From the NCBI GenBank assembly GCA_030390025.1, contig CM059425.1, positions 170,440,001 to 170,504,000 on the forward strand: a stretch of DNA of 64,000 nucleotides. The letters are read 5' to 3'. The translations under genes and the position numbers were made by a program. The stretch is from Squalus acanthias (Eukaryota). Below are positions 35,468-47,499 of this stretch, piece after piece. The notes beneath the pieces were generated by a model. It was given only the letters and a program-made list of their open reading frames with translations, was not told where the DNA came from and made no database searches. Every line of letters begins with the position of its first letter. The first letter of the stretch is position 1.

Positions 35468-35901
35468 GAGATCCCCTCTCTGTATTCACAAGAGTTTAGA
35501 AGAATAAGAGGGGATCTCATTGAAACATATAAAATTCTGACAGGGCTAGACAGGCTGGATGCAGGGAGGATGTTTCCCCCGACTGGGTGGTCTAGAACGA
35601 GGGGTCACAGTCTCAGGGTACGGGGTAGGACATTTAGGACTGAGATGAGGAGAAATTTCTTCACTCAGAGGGTGGTGAACCTGTGGAATTTTCTACTACA
35701 GAAGGCTGTGGAGGCCAAGTCACTGAATATATTTAAGAAGGAGATAGATAGATTTCTAGACACAAAAGGCATCAAGGGGTATGGGGAGAGAGCCGGAATA
35801 TGGTATTGAGATAGAGGATCAGCCATGATCATAATGAATGGCGGAGCAGACTCTAAGGGCCGAATGGCCTACTCCTGCTCCTATTTTTCTATGTTTCTAT
35901 G
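35468..35901 (+). mobile_element. CR1 3'-end fragment inserted at the transposase stop codon
   Basis: LYS.EFRRIRGDLIETYKIL..RTRGHSL..FFTQRVVNLWN, tttctatg tail, GCTTCTA duplicated on both sides. Confidence 0.88.
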
Positions 35902-36220
35902 CTTCTAGGCCCCTACTCAGAAGATGGCTTCTGGCATGTAGAACAACATCATGGAAAGCAACCCACAACCCCTATAGTCGGCCAAAGCTGCAATGATTCC
36001 AAAGGCCAAACATGAACATTTTGAATACAACAACTTTTTTATTTAACAAACTCTGTGTGTGTCATTTATTCAGGACAAACTAATAGAAACAAACACAACA
36101 AATCATAAATTAACAGAACTGGTTCTCACAAGCTGGAGATAAACGCCAAAACACTAAACAAATGTTATCAGACGAACCTCGACCTTTACTACAAACATTC
36201 CCACCATTTATTTAGACCTC

Positions 36221-37945
36221 CTACTGTTTGCCCTTCGAGGGTGATCTCCATCCCTTGCGCACTTCCCCCCTTCCCACCCTACTGCTCCTCCGTAATGGGG
36301 CCCCAGTGACTGCAGCAAGGCTGGTGGAAGGCTGCTGAATGTCAGATCCTGAGACTACAGATGCCCTTGAAGGACACCCTCGACCAGCTCTGGGTCTGGA
36401 GGCCCCGGCTGCAGACTGCACCAACTCTGCATGGGTGGCAGCAGTCTGGGCTGGCTGTGTTGCAGGCGGTGGCAAGTGCAATGGGGAAGTGAGTGGTGGG
36501 AGCAGGAATGCTGTCATCCTGAGAGAGGACAGCGCCTTCCTACTCGACTGACACACTGGCACTCCCACGGGGCAGTACCTCAGCATCCGGAGCAATCTGC
36601 TCGAGCACAGATTGCTGGCCTGCTGCGGCACCGTGAGAGCCCCGGGGCAATGTGGTCGAACCAGCGACGATGGCAGCAGTCAGTGCTTGCGTTACATCAA
36701 TCTGAGACTGCATGAGAGCAGTCTGAGATTGGACCGCAGCAGCCAGTGACTGAATTGCAGCACTAAGCCATTGCGTTGCGTCGGCCTGTGCTGCAGCGGA
36801 GTGCTCCACACTCCTTGCCAGTCCATCAATGCTTTCGGGCACCCTTCAGCGGAGTGTGCATGTTCAACGCCTGGGTATTCATTTCTGCGATGAGGCACTC
36901 CTCCTCTGCGTCCAGTGCAACAGGACTCGCTGGCCGACTCTCCCTCCGGGGAGATGGCCCCCGAGCATCCCTACCCCCATGGCATTGCTGCAGCCCGCTG
37001 GGTCCCGGAGCTTCACCCTCCAGGAAAGGCGTGGTCCCAGTGTGGCCATGGGCTCCCTCGGGAGACACAGGCACTGAGGCTTCGGCTTCCTCTTCCTCCT
37101 TGCCTGGGGCGTCGCTCCCACTGCTTGGTTGAGGGACAGGCTGCTCAGCTGGTGGTTTACTATCTGAAAGCAGGGAGGTACAAGAGTGGCTTTAACATCA
37201 GGACAGGGGGGCAGTAAGGGAGCAAGGGCTGGAGACATTTAGTAGGTTGGATTGAAAGTGTAAAAGGCTGGTGTTGTGAGGGGAAAGTGGAATGAGAGAG
37301 GAGAGAAAGCTGATGAACATGCCATTGCTGTCCCTAAGGTCGATCTCTCCAGTGGCCACGGCACCTATGACCTGGCTGGCAACGATCCTGTGCATGCGCG
37401 CCTCCAAATCGCTGAGGGTCTGCAGCTCAGCCGGTCCTCCACTCGTGCATTGCTGCTGGCGCCTGTTGTGAGATAGCTTGGCCTGCAAGAAAAAGGACGG
37501 CGTCTGAGTGAATGTGCAGCCATGTGCTTGCCTGATGTGCATCCCATAGTTGAATAGCCCTTAATGTATGCAAGGTGTGGAATGTGCGTGTGTGTTTTAT
37601 GAGATGGCCATAGGTCTTGGATGAGTGTTGGGCATTTGGGGTTTTTAAACCCTCTGGGCACAGAGTGAAGTTGAGATGGAGGGATGGAGAGGTATTGAAA
37701 AGCAGCCACTCACCCTGACCACCCGAGTGAGGTCATTGAACTTCTTCTGACATTGGGTGTGGGTCCTGGGCACCAGGCTCCTGGAGGAGACGTGCTGAGC
37801 CACCTTCCTCCACACTCTTCTATAATCGCGTGGCAATGGCCTCCTGCCACTCTGTGGGTAGAGTACTGATCTTTGGCGCTCCACTGCGCCAACCAGAGCC
37901 ACGAAGGCCCGGTCGCTGAACTCGTTCCCTGGGCCTCTCCATAGT
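36221..37945 (-). pseudogene. Harbinger Myb/SANT-like gene, frameshifted
   Basis: FSDRAFVALVGAVERQR..RRVWRKVAQHVSSRSLVPRTHTQCQKKFNDLTRVV; same splice sites as H1. Confidence 0.88.
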
Positions 37946-38847
37946 CCTTTGCTGCAGAATTCAAGTTCAGGTCTGTCCAGGCTGAGATTCAAGGCTCCAA
38001 TGAGCAGGGTGTGGCTGGAGAGCAAGATCGACCCTCCCCTTTAAGAGCTGGCCGGGGTCATTGGGTCTGTGTTCCATTGCTGACTGACATCACATGAGCT
38101 TCGCTAGCGCTCTGAATTAGCACCTCGCTCCTCGGCTTTAGCGCCTTAAGAGAGGTGTGCAGCACCTGATTTAGCGCTCCAATCACCTCCGGGGCAATAG
38201 AAGCCAAGCTTGCAGTCGGAGGCGATAATTAGTGCCAGGCGCTAAACTTTGCACCTGGCCGATAATTGCGCCTCAAACGGGGCGATACCGAATTTCTCCC
38301 CCCAGTCATTTTAAAGCAAAATGCAGATATTATAAATACTAACATCCTAAGCCTAGAAGGGTGTTGAATTGGTCCAATCAGAATTTGAATCATAAGGGAT
38401 CTTAGGGGGAGAAATTTGGTTGGTTAGCGCCTCGGGGGGACGCTAACGACTTACTGCCCGGGTGCAGCGATGTTGGCGCCGCCGGCAAAATTCACCTGGC
38501 GGTTTGCGATGGCGCTAAACATTACCGCCACAATCTCCTGTGTCCAGAGATCGCGACGTCATCCAGCCACGCATCGCCCCAGGCCGGAAATTCATTTTCG
38601 CCCCCTGCCTTAGCGCCTGTCGTTAGGAACGACAGGTAGAGGAGGCGGTTTGCAGTTGGCTGGGAGCTGCAGAAGTGCTATTTAAAGGCATGCATGTCCT
38701 GTTTTTTTTGTCGGCAAACAATGCTGCCTTGTTACTGACAGAAGCTTTGACCCATTTGAGGTTTGCCTGCTTAAAGGAGTTTTGCTCCTGACAAAAATTT
38801 CAGGTTCGTTTGTCTTACTTTTGTTAGTGCAACATTTCCAGCACTTA

Positions 38848-39994
38848 ATGAGGGCTGTACTGGCACAGGACCTCGCCCTCCAGCTTCACCATCGGAGGCA
38901 GAGAGAAAGATTAGAAAATGTGGCCAGAGGGAGGAGGGCCAATGGGGCTCTCAACAGGAGATCTTACCCTCTCAGGGTATTCCGGGAGCAGTTCTCCTAC
39001 ATTCATCTGTCAGAGGAGTAGTGCCTTAGAAGGCTCCGCTTCAGCAAGGAGGTGGTCACAGAGCTTTGCCACCCCCTGCAGCCAGACCTCCAGCCTCAGC
39101 TCAGGACCAGGACGTCTCTCTCAGTGGCAGTGACGGTCACAGTCGCTCTCAATTTCTACGCCAGCGGCTCCTTCCAAGCTTCAACAGGGGATATTGCAAA
39201 CATTTCACAGTTCGCCATCCATTGCTGCATCCGGGAGGTGACAGATGCTCTGTACAGAAGAAGGGCGTACATCTCATTCCCCATCACCACAGAGAAACAG
39301 CATGAACACTCATGTGGCTTTGCAAGGATAGCGGGCTTCCCCATGGTTCAGGGCGCCATTGACTGCACCACATGGCATTGCGGGCACCTCATGGCAATGC
39401 AGAGGTGTTCCACAACTGCAAAGGGTACCACTCTCTGAATGTGCAGTTGGTGTGCAACCACAGACAGCACATCCTTGCAGTCAATGCCTGCGATCCTGGC
39501 AGCAGCCACGATGCATTCATCCTGCGACAGACCGATGTCCCAGCACTATTCCACCCACCACATCAAGCTCGCAGCTGGCTGCTCGGAGACAAGGGTTATC
39601 AACTCGCCACCTGGCTGATGACACCCCGCTGCAACCACAACACTCCTGCTCAGCACGCATACAATGAGAGCCATAGCGCCACCAGGAACCTGATTGAACA
39701 GACTATCAGCGTGCTAAAGCAACGGTTCCACTGCCTTGACCACTCTGGAGGAGCCCTGCAGTACTCCCTGATCGAGTCTCCGTTTCCATTGTTGTGTGCT
39801 GCATGCTGCACAGCCTGGCCATTCTGAGGGCCCAGCCATTGCCACCAGGGATTGGAAGTCCACCTCAGGAGGAGAAAGAGGGGCAGGAGGGGGCGGCGGA
39901 GGAGGAGGAGCAGCACCAACATAGGAGGGAGCCACTTATTGTTGCTTCTGTAAGGGCCGTTCATTAGCACCTCATTACTCAGCTCTTCCAATAA
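38848..39994 (+). pseudogene. Harbinger transposase pseudogene
   Basis: GAIDCT, PGSSHDAFIL, WLLGDKGY motifs; stop at 39019-39021 and frameshifts at ~39370 and ~39770. Confidence 0.9.
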
Positions 39995-40169
39995 ATGAGA
40001 TAGCACCTGGCATTTACGCAGAACAACCATATCATTACAGCCAGCTCGCAGCCGCTCACTGGGCAAAGCTCAAATGAGAAACATCATAAAATTTGCTACG
40101 TCGAAACAATCATTTATTATTCTGCACAACTCTCTTATCAAACACAACCAATAATAAACACATTAAAAA

Positions 40170-40716
40170 AATGTTTTTATTTGTTTATGGGATGTGGGTG
40201 TCGCTGGCAAGGCCAGCATTTATAGCTAATAGTCCTTGAGAAGGTGGTGGTGAGCCGCCTTCTTGAACCGCTGCAGTCCGTTGGTAAAGGTACTCCCACA
40301 GTGCTGTTAGGGAGGGAGTTCCAGGATTTTGACCCAGTGATGATGAAGGATCGACGATATACTTCTAAGTCAGGATGGTGTGTGACTTGGAGGGGAACTT
40401 GGAGGTGGTGGTGTTCCCATGCGCCTACTGCCCTTGTGCTTCTAGGTGGAAGAGGTCACGGGTTTGGGAGGTGTTGCAGAAGAAGCCTTGGCGAGTTGCT
40501 GCAGTGCATCTTGTAGATGGTACACACTGCAGCCACGGTACGCCGGTGGTGGAGGGAGTGAATGTTTAAGGCAATGGATGGGGTGCCAATCAAGTGGGCT
40601 GCATTGTCCTGGATGGTGTCGAGCTTGAGTGTTGTTGGAGCTGTACTCATCCAGGCAAGTGGAGAGTATTCCATCACACTCCTTACTTGTGCCTTGTAGA
40701 TGGTGGAAAGGCACAA
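40170..40716 (-). mobile_element. 3' fragment of the CR1/L2-group LINE (same family as 22545-25518), inserted between the convergent H4 genes
   Basis: STIYKAQVRSVMEYSPLAW..HSLHHRRTVAAVCTIYKMHC and the shared 3' tail. Confidence 0.85.
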
Positions 40717-40799
40717 GTAAGTAATGAACAAACACAACTGGTTCTTAGCAAATGGAACTATTTCTTACCAAACTGAATATATTTACACCTCTCCCCACC

Positions 40800-42700
40800 C
40801 CCCATTTGTTAATAACGTATTATTTACTCGCCCTTCCTCAATGATCTCCCTCCCCTTTGCAATTCCCCCTCCCAACCCTACAGCTCCTCCGTAATGTGGC
40901 CCCAGTGGCTGCAGCAAGGCTGGTGGAAGGCTGCTGAGTCTGGGAGCTAGAGACTGCAGATGGCCTTGCAGGACACCCTCGACCAGCTCTGGGCCTGGAA
41001 GCCCCGGCTGCAGGCTGCACCAACTCAGCATGCGTGGCAGCAGTCTGGGCTGGCTGGGTTACAGGCTGCGGCAAGTGCAATGGCTGAATGGCAGTGGTGG
41101 GAGCAGGAATGCTGTCATCCTGAGAGAGGACAGCACCTTCCTGCTCAACCGACACACTGACACTCCCCTGGGGCAGAACCTCAGCATCCGGAGCAATCTG
41201 CTCGAGCACAGATTGCTGGCCTGCTGCGGCACCGTGAGATCCCCGGTGGACTGTGGCGACCCAGCGACGATGGCAGCAGTCAGCACTTGCGTGGCATCAA
41301 TCTGAGACTGCATCAGAGCAATCGGAGATTGGATGGCACCAGCCAATGACTCAATTGCAGCACTAAGCCATTGCGTTGCCTCGGCCTGTGCTGCAATAGC
41401 TGCTGCCACCTCACCCATGACACGCGGCATGAGGTCTGGGTCCCCACGGTCTCTCTGCAAGTCGACCATCCTCTGCAAAGTGCTAAAGTAGGGCTCGAAG
41501 GTTTGCGCAGAGATGAGAGCAATGTTGGAGGCGGACTCCTCCACGCTCCTAGCCAGTGCATCCATGCTCTCAGGCACCCTTGCCATTGCACCCATGAGCT
41601 CAGTATGCATGCTCATCTCCGACATCGAGGTCCTCATCGGAGTCCTGTGCAGCAGAACTCATGCGCACACTCACCCTCCGGGGAGATGGCCCCCCCGAGC
41701 TTCCCTTCCCCCATGGCGTTGCTGCAGCCCGCTGAGTCCCGGAGCTTCACCCACATCAGACCCATTTCCTAGGCTCCCCTCCAGCGATCACGTGGCCCCA
41801 TTATCGGATGTCTCGCCCTCGAGAGACACAGGCAGTGAGGCTCCAGCTTGGTGTTCCTCCTCCTCTCCTGCGTCGCTGCCACTGGGAGGCTGAGGGACAG
41901 GCTGGTCAGATGGCGGCTGATTATCTGAAACATTAAGGCAAGAGTGGGTTTAACGTCAGGGGAGGGGGGCAGGAAGGGAGCAAGGAATGGAGACAGTATA
42001 CTTCGATGGAAAGTGGGAAGGGCTTGTGTTGAGGGGCGAAGGGGATGTGGTATGAGAGAAGAGGGAGAGGTGATGAACATACCGTTGTTGTCCCCAAGGG
42101 GGTCGACGTCTCCAACTGCCACAGCGCCTACGACCTGGGCCGTGATGATGCTGTGCACTTGATTCTCCAGGTCTGTAAGGGGGTGCAGCTCCGCCTGACC
42201 TCCTCCCGTGCGTTGCAGCTCCTTCCTGTTATGAGCAAGCTTGGCCTGCAAGAAAAAGGACAGCGTGTGAGTGTGCAGTCATATGTTTGGCAGATGTCCC
42301 TACCATAGTTGAATAGCTGTTAATGTATGCAAGGTGTGAGATGTGGATGTGACTTAGTAGGTGGGCATAGTTGGTGGGTGAGTGTTGGGGTTGGCGGTTT
42401 ATACCGTCTGTGCACAGAGTGAGGTTGAGATGGTGGGATATGGAGGTTTTAGAAGCATGTACTCACCCTGACCATCCGAGTGAGGTTATTGAACTTCTTG
42501 GGGCACTGGGTGCGAGTTCTTTGGACCACGCTCTGGCCGAGACGTACTGGGCCACCTCCCTCCACATCCTTCTGAACTCCTGCGGCAATGGCCTCCTGCC
42601 AGCGTCCGGGAACAGCACCGTCGGCATTCCACAACCGCAACCAGAGCCTGCAATGCCTGGTCACTGAACTGGCGAGCTCTCTCCCTGGGCCTCTGATCAG
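40800..42700 (-). pseudogene. Harbinger Myb/SANT-like gene, frameshifted
   Basis: QCPKKFNNLTRMVR|GT; exon 2 QAKLAHNRKELQRTGGG; exon 3 homology to H1. Confidence 0.85.
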
Positions 42701-43265
42701 CCAGGAGATTTGTGGTTGATAGATTGCAGCTCCTTGCAGGCCCAGGTCAGAAGCAGCAATGATCAGAGTGAGGCTGTGCAGCATGAATGAACCTCCCCTT
42801 TACGAACTGGAAGGCGCCAGTCTGTCTGAGTACTTGTAATTGACCGCCTGAACTTGAGTAGCGCTCTGCGGTAGCGCCCCGCTCCCCGACGTTAGTGCCC
42901 GAAGAGAAGTGTGTAGCGCTTGATTTAGCACTCCACTTCCCTCTAGGGGCGCGAAAACTGAATTTTGCGGTCGTCGGCGCTGTTAGCGCCCCAAAATGGT
43001 CGATACCAAATTTTTCCCCCCTTCGTAATTTTTTTAATCATAATGCTTTTCATGATTAAGTATCATGATTAAGTATCAATGAAGTTACAATCCTTAGTCA
43101 TTTTAAACTGGTCTCCACACTTCAAACTGTGACGGGAAAGCATACAAGTCATGGGTTAAGCCACAGTTAGAGTATTATGTGCAGTTTTGGGCACTGCATT
43201 CTGGAAAATAGAGCCATGGAAAAGGTACAATGTAAATTCATTAGGATATACAAAGGATGATATTG

Positions 43266-43418
43266 GGGCAATTTTTACTTTTGGCAGGGGCGGTCAACTG
43301 GTGGTAGCAGATTCACAGACCGGTTACACACCCCGCCAGATTTTGAGGGGTGTAGAACAGGCACCTGATTGACTACTACCAATTATCCGCTCACAGCCAA
43401 AGTGAAAATTAACCTCAT
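43266..43418. mobile_element. Short MITE-like element
   Basis: GGGGCAATTTTTACTTTTGGC ... GCCAAAGTGAAAATTAACCTC imperfect inverted termini. Confidence 0.5.
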
Positions 43419-44999
43419 AATTATGATGAGAAATTTGAAAACCTGGAGTTGTATTCACTGGAGCAGTGAAAGGTAATCTAATAGAAGTGTTCAAAATTAT
43501 AAAAAAGGACAAGAGAAATAGACAATCATTTGATTGGCGAATCAGTAACAAGGAAGCTTGGAGGGAAGAAATTAGAAGAATGTATTTCATGCAAAGAATC
43601 TTTAAAATATGGAATACATTACCACAAGTGGCTATTGCAGTTAAGGCTCAACAATAGCAGGGAACTGGGATTGGAGCAGATAACTCAGAGATGGAGTTAG
43701 CATCAGCACAGGAATGATGGGTGAATAGTCTCCTTAAATTATGGTAAGACATAGCAAGATGTGATTTTCAATTTATTTTTTATGCATCTTTTTTACAAAG
43801 GTAAAAGCCTTCTAATGCTCTGTCACTAATATTTTGGAGAACGCATTCACACTATAAATGAAGACGTGTCAGATGTTGTTTGTCTGTGTGTGGCTGTAGG
43901 TTGTTTGTCAATTTTTGTTCATGCAATCACAATAGCCGAGCTTATAACAATATGCAGAATTGGTCAAAGAGGCAAAACAAAAACTACAGCGTGACATCAG
44001 GAAATTGAGCGCCTAAAAATGGTTTAAAACTAATTTCTTCAAAACTATTACAAAGTAATAATCTATTAATTTCAGAATTCCAGGTATCAGTTGATCCAGT
44101 ACAAATTTTCATTCAGGAGGCAAAGAAATTCAAACATTTGTAAAAAGATTCAAAATCTTAAGAAAAACCACAGTAAACCCCCTGGTTTTCTACAGGAAGT
44201 GTAAAAAGAGAATAATGATGTTACCGAATGGCAAGATAAGGTCAGCACAATTTATTAAATTGGACTTTGCACTTTGGTCTTTGATAGTGAAACTGTCTTC
44301 AGCAACTGTGTTCACAAAAAAATCTCAGACAATATGTCTTAACAAAAAGTTAATTGGTCAATGCATAACCTATATATCATGCAGGAAGACATGATAAATT
44401 GCCTGAAGAATCCATTAATTTACAGATCTTGGTGGCCATTTCCCTCTTTATCTAACTACCTTCTTGCCAAGAGCTATTTATATTGTAGGGGTCACATAAA
44501 ATAATGGCGCAACATCCTTTTGTGCAGTCAGCAAGATGACTGTGATATCACATGGGCAATTTTTAAATCAACAGTGAGACATTTTGTCTCCAGGTCTGTC
44601 ACATATTCATAAAAATATTCCTGAAGTACTTGACCTGCATTCTTCAGAATGTATTAATATCACCCCACGTAAACATTAGCAATTGTTAAAGACGCCAACA
44701 TTCACAACAACTCTGGAGATCGCAAAGACACAATTAAAGTAAAGCACAAAATCATGAGTTTCTCTTCAAACGCAGCAGATTGATATGGGTTCAGGACTTG
44801 AACACGCTGATCAATCTGGATTGAAACATCTCAGAAATACATTGTGGTAATAAAAATGTATTTGTGCATGGAAAATAAACAATGATGGGTAAGTGCTCAT
44901 CAAGGAATAAGAATTTCACACCCAGACCCATCTCATGCAGCACCGCTTCACCCAGTCACATATCACTGTTTTTCGGTTTGTTTCCCACTCCAATTTAAT

Positions 45000-45370
45000 T
45001 CCCTCATCTCCTAATGGCACTAATTTGTATTGGAGTACAACTTCTGGTTACCCTCCAGTAGCTTGCCCAAGTGGTTATTCACATTGACCTCACAGTGAGT
45101 GTCAGCAGGCTATTTGTTGGTGGGGCATCACAGCGGAGCCTTTCCAAATAAGCAGACCTTCCAGTGGCCAATGTTGAATAGTGATCAAGAGCAGGAACCC
45201 GGCTTCATTTTTCCCCTACCTAACCCAGAGCAGATGTTAATTGTGACATCTACTGTCATTGTGGCTGAGAAGAGATAACTCAGCACAGACTGGCAATCAA
45301 ACCTGGGACCCACTGGTCTGTATGGCTCACTTCCATACGGAGTAGTGCATTAACTGTTTAAGCACCTGAT
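45000..45370 (-). mobile_element. Old tRNA-derived SINE-like repeat
   Basis: Similar to 59640-60005 (ggagtacaac..cc, gagcc, cctggtctgta..gctca). Confidence 0.4.
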
Positions 45371-45496
45371 GGAAAGGGAAGGGGAAAACCTACCTCTTTG
45401 GCCAAGCTTTTGGCCACCTGTCCCAACATCTTTTGTTGCTCGGTGTCAAATTTTATGTCTGGTTACACTCCTGTGAAGCGCCTTGGGACGCTTTAC

Positions 45497-45785
45497 TAGG
45501 GGGCCACAGATATAAGATAGTCACTAATAAATCCAATAAAGAATTCAGGAGCAACTTCTTTACCCAGAGAGTAGGTAGAATGTGGAACTTGCTACCACAT
45601 GGAATGGTTGAGGCAAATAGCATAGATGCAGTTAAGGGGAAGCTAGATAATCATATGAGGGAGAAAGGAATAGAAGGATACATTGATAGGGTGAGATGAA
45701 GTAGGGTGGGAGGGGGCTTGTGTGGTACGGTTGGGCTGAATGGCTTGTTTCTGTGCTATATTCTGTGCTATAAAATTCTATGTAG
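45497..45785 (+). mobile_element. CR1 3'-end fragment
   Basis: GHRYKIVT..FRSNFFTQRVGRMWNLLP..VEANSIDA, attctatgt tail. Confidence 0.8.
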
Positions 45786-45899
45786 GAGCTTTTATCTTCT
45801 CCAAATATCTCCATGTACTGTGCTCAGATGTGATACGGAGTTATTTAATTGTGACAACTTTAGAGTATCCTTATTTTGCAAAAGTATGTTTTTTTAAAA

Positions 45900-46030
45900 A
45901 CAGGTTTGGGTTGGACATATGTTTTACACTCTACCTGATTTTACTTTCCACTAACTTCAATGGAGAATAAAATCAGACAGGTTGTAAAATGGACATCTGA
46001 CCCAAACCCACCCCGTTCCTGCCTGATGCA
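45900..46030. repeat. Hairpin-type MITE remnant
   Basis: tttgggttggacat..ttttacac..ctgatttt / aaaatcag..tgtaaaa..atctgacccaaa inverted arms. Confidence 0.55.
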
Positions 46031-46212
46031 TTAGGTTAAAGATACCCCCTTAAAGTTATATTGAGATTTGATAGACTTGTTATATTAAACTATTCCCAGT
46101 TGCTTCCAGCTGATGGTGTATAAAGAATTCCTGTCTGAATTTACTGCCTCGATTGTAGAGTAGGCAGAATAAATTTGCTAATAGTGAAGTGATTTTATAC
46201 GATATCACTGAG

Positions 46213-46358
46213 TTAGATTGACATTTTGCAGTAGTATAAAATGGCAGATAGTGAATCAGCAGCCCATTTTACATCTCTCCTGATTTTTGAGAAATGTAAA
46301 ACGGGCTGCTGATTCACTATCAGCCATTTTACACTACCACAAAGACAAAATCTACCCC
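46213..46358. repeat. Hairpin-type MITE with long inverted arms
   Basis: gtagtataaaatggcagatagtgaatcagcagcccattttaca pairs with tgtaaaacgggctgctgattcactatcagccattttacactac. Confidence 0.75.
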
Positions 46359-46694
46359 ACTATGTCTAGCATTACACAAGCAACAGGGAAGAAACTCTTC
46401 ACAGAAACAGGTACTAAATAAACGCCTAACCTATCAGATTCACTATTTTGCTAAAGCATAAGATCCTCAATGGGCTGAGATATCCCTGGAATGTACATAT
46501 TGAATCAGGTAGCACTCTGCTTCCATGGCAACTCTCAATTGGAGCATTCTGTGTTCAATTCAAGCACATTTATAGAGGTCTCAAATGTTTGTTCCATTAC
46601 TTTGAAAAATAATAAAAAGGCATACTCTACAAAAACATAATGAAGAATCAGAAAGTTGAAGGCCTCAGAATTTTGCATACAAACAAATAGAGTA

Positions 46695-47044
46695 TGGTAG
46701 CATAGTGGTAATGTTGCTGGGCTAATAATCCAGAGGACTAGACTAATAATCCTGGGTACGTGAGTTCAAATCTCACCATGGCATCTGGGGAATTTAAATT
46801 CAGTTAATTAAAAAACACTGGAATAAAAAGCTAGTATCAGTAATGGTAACCATGAAATTACTGTATTGTTGTTAAAAACCTCTGGTTCACTTATGTCCTT
46901 TAGTGAAGGACATCTACCAGTCTGGCCTATGTGATGCCAGCAATGTGGCTGATTCTTAACTGCCCTCTGAAATGGCAGCTCACCACCACCCTCAAGGGCA
47001 ATTAGGGATGGGCAATAAATGCTGGCCTGTGAATGAATAAAAAA
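46695..47044 (+). mobile_element. tRNA-derived SINE with the 3' tail of the CR1/L2-group LINE
   Basis: Head matches 22545-22790; tail caccaccaccctcaagggcaattagggatgggcaataaatgctggcc matches ~25450-25500. Confidence 0.8.
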
Positions 47045-47087
47045 CTTTACACCCTTGCTACTTTAATAGACATGCCGAGGCCTCTAT

Positions 47088-47243
47088 GGGGGTTGATTTT
47101 AACCATTCTTGCCGGGTAGAAAATGGGCAACAGCCCGCCCCAACTTCAAAGAAAAGGAAAATCAGGGTATAAAATGGGCAGTCGACCGGTCTGTACCACT
47201 GCTGACCAGTTGCTGCTCGGCAGGAACAGTTAAAATCAACCCC
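47088..47243. mobile_element. Short Harbinger-like MITE
   Basis: GGGGTTGATTTTAAC / GTTAAAATCAACCCC TIR, TAT on both flanks. Confidence 0.75.
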
Positions 47244-47499
47244 TATTTTAAAGGGTCAATGCTTCCATTAAACTAGTGCACAAATGAGTTTCATATGGAT
47301 GCACTGTTTTGTATTCTAGTATTACAAAATGTAAATTCAAGGTTGAAGAATTCAGTGGTGTTCTTTGTGTTTCTCTTCCATTTATTTTCAAGACCAAGGT
47401 CTTTACATTGTTTATCATGTATTATTTTCTCTCTAGCTACTATTCCCCAAGATCCTGGACAACAAATACAATATTTAGTATAGCTCCTAGGACTAATAT

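Larger units (their letters stand above)
33657..38302 (+). mobile_element. Full-length Harbinger transposon (copy H3), decayed, with two nested insertions
   Basis: TIR GGGGGA(A/G)AAATT, CAG TSD, transposase and Myb homology to H1. Confidence 0.95.
38405..43020 (+). mobile_element. Full-length Harbinger transposon (copy H4), decayed
   Basis: TIR GGGGGA(G/A)AAATTTGGT; TSD ambiguous; starts ~100 bp after H3. Confidence 0.93.
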
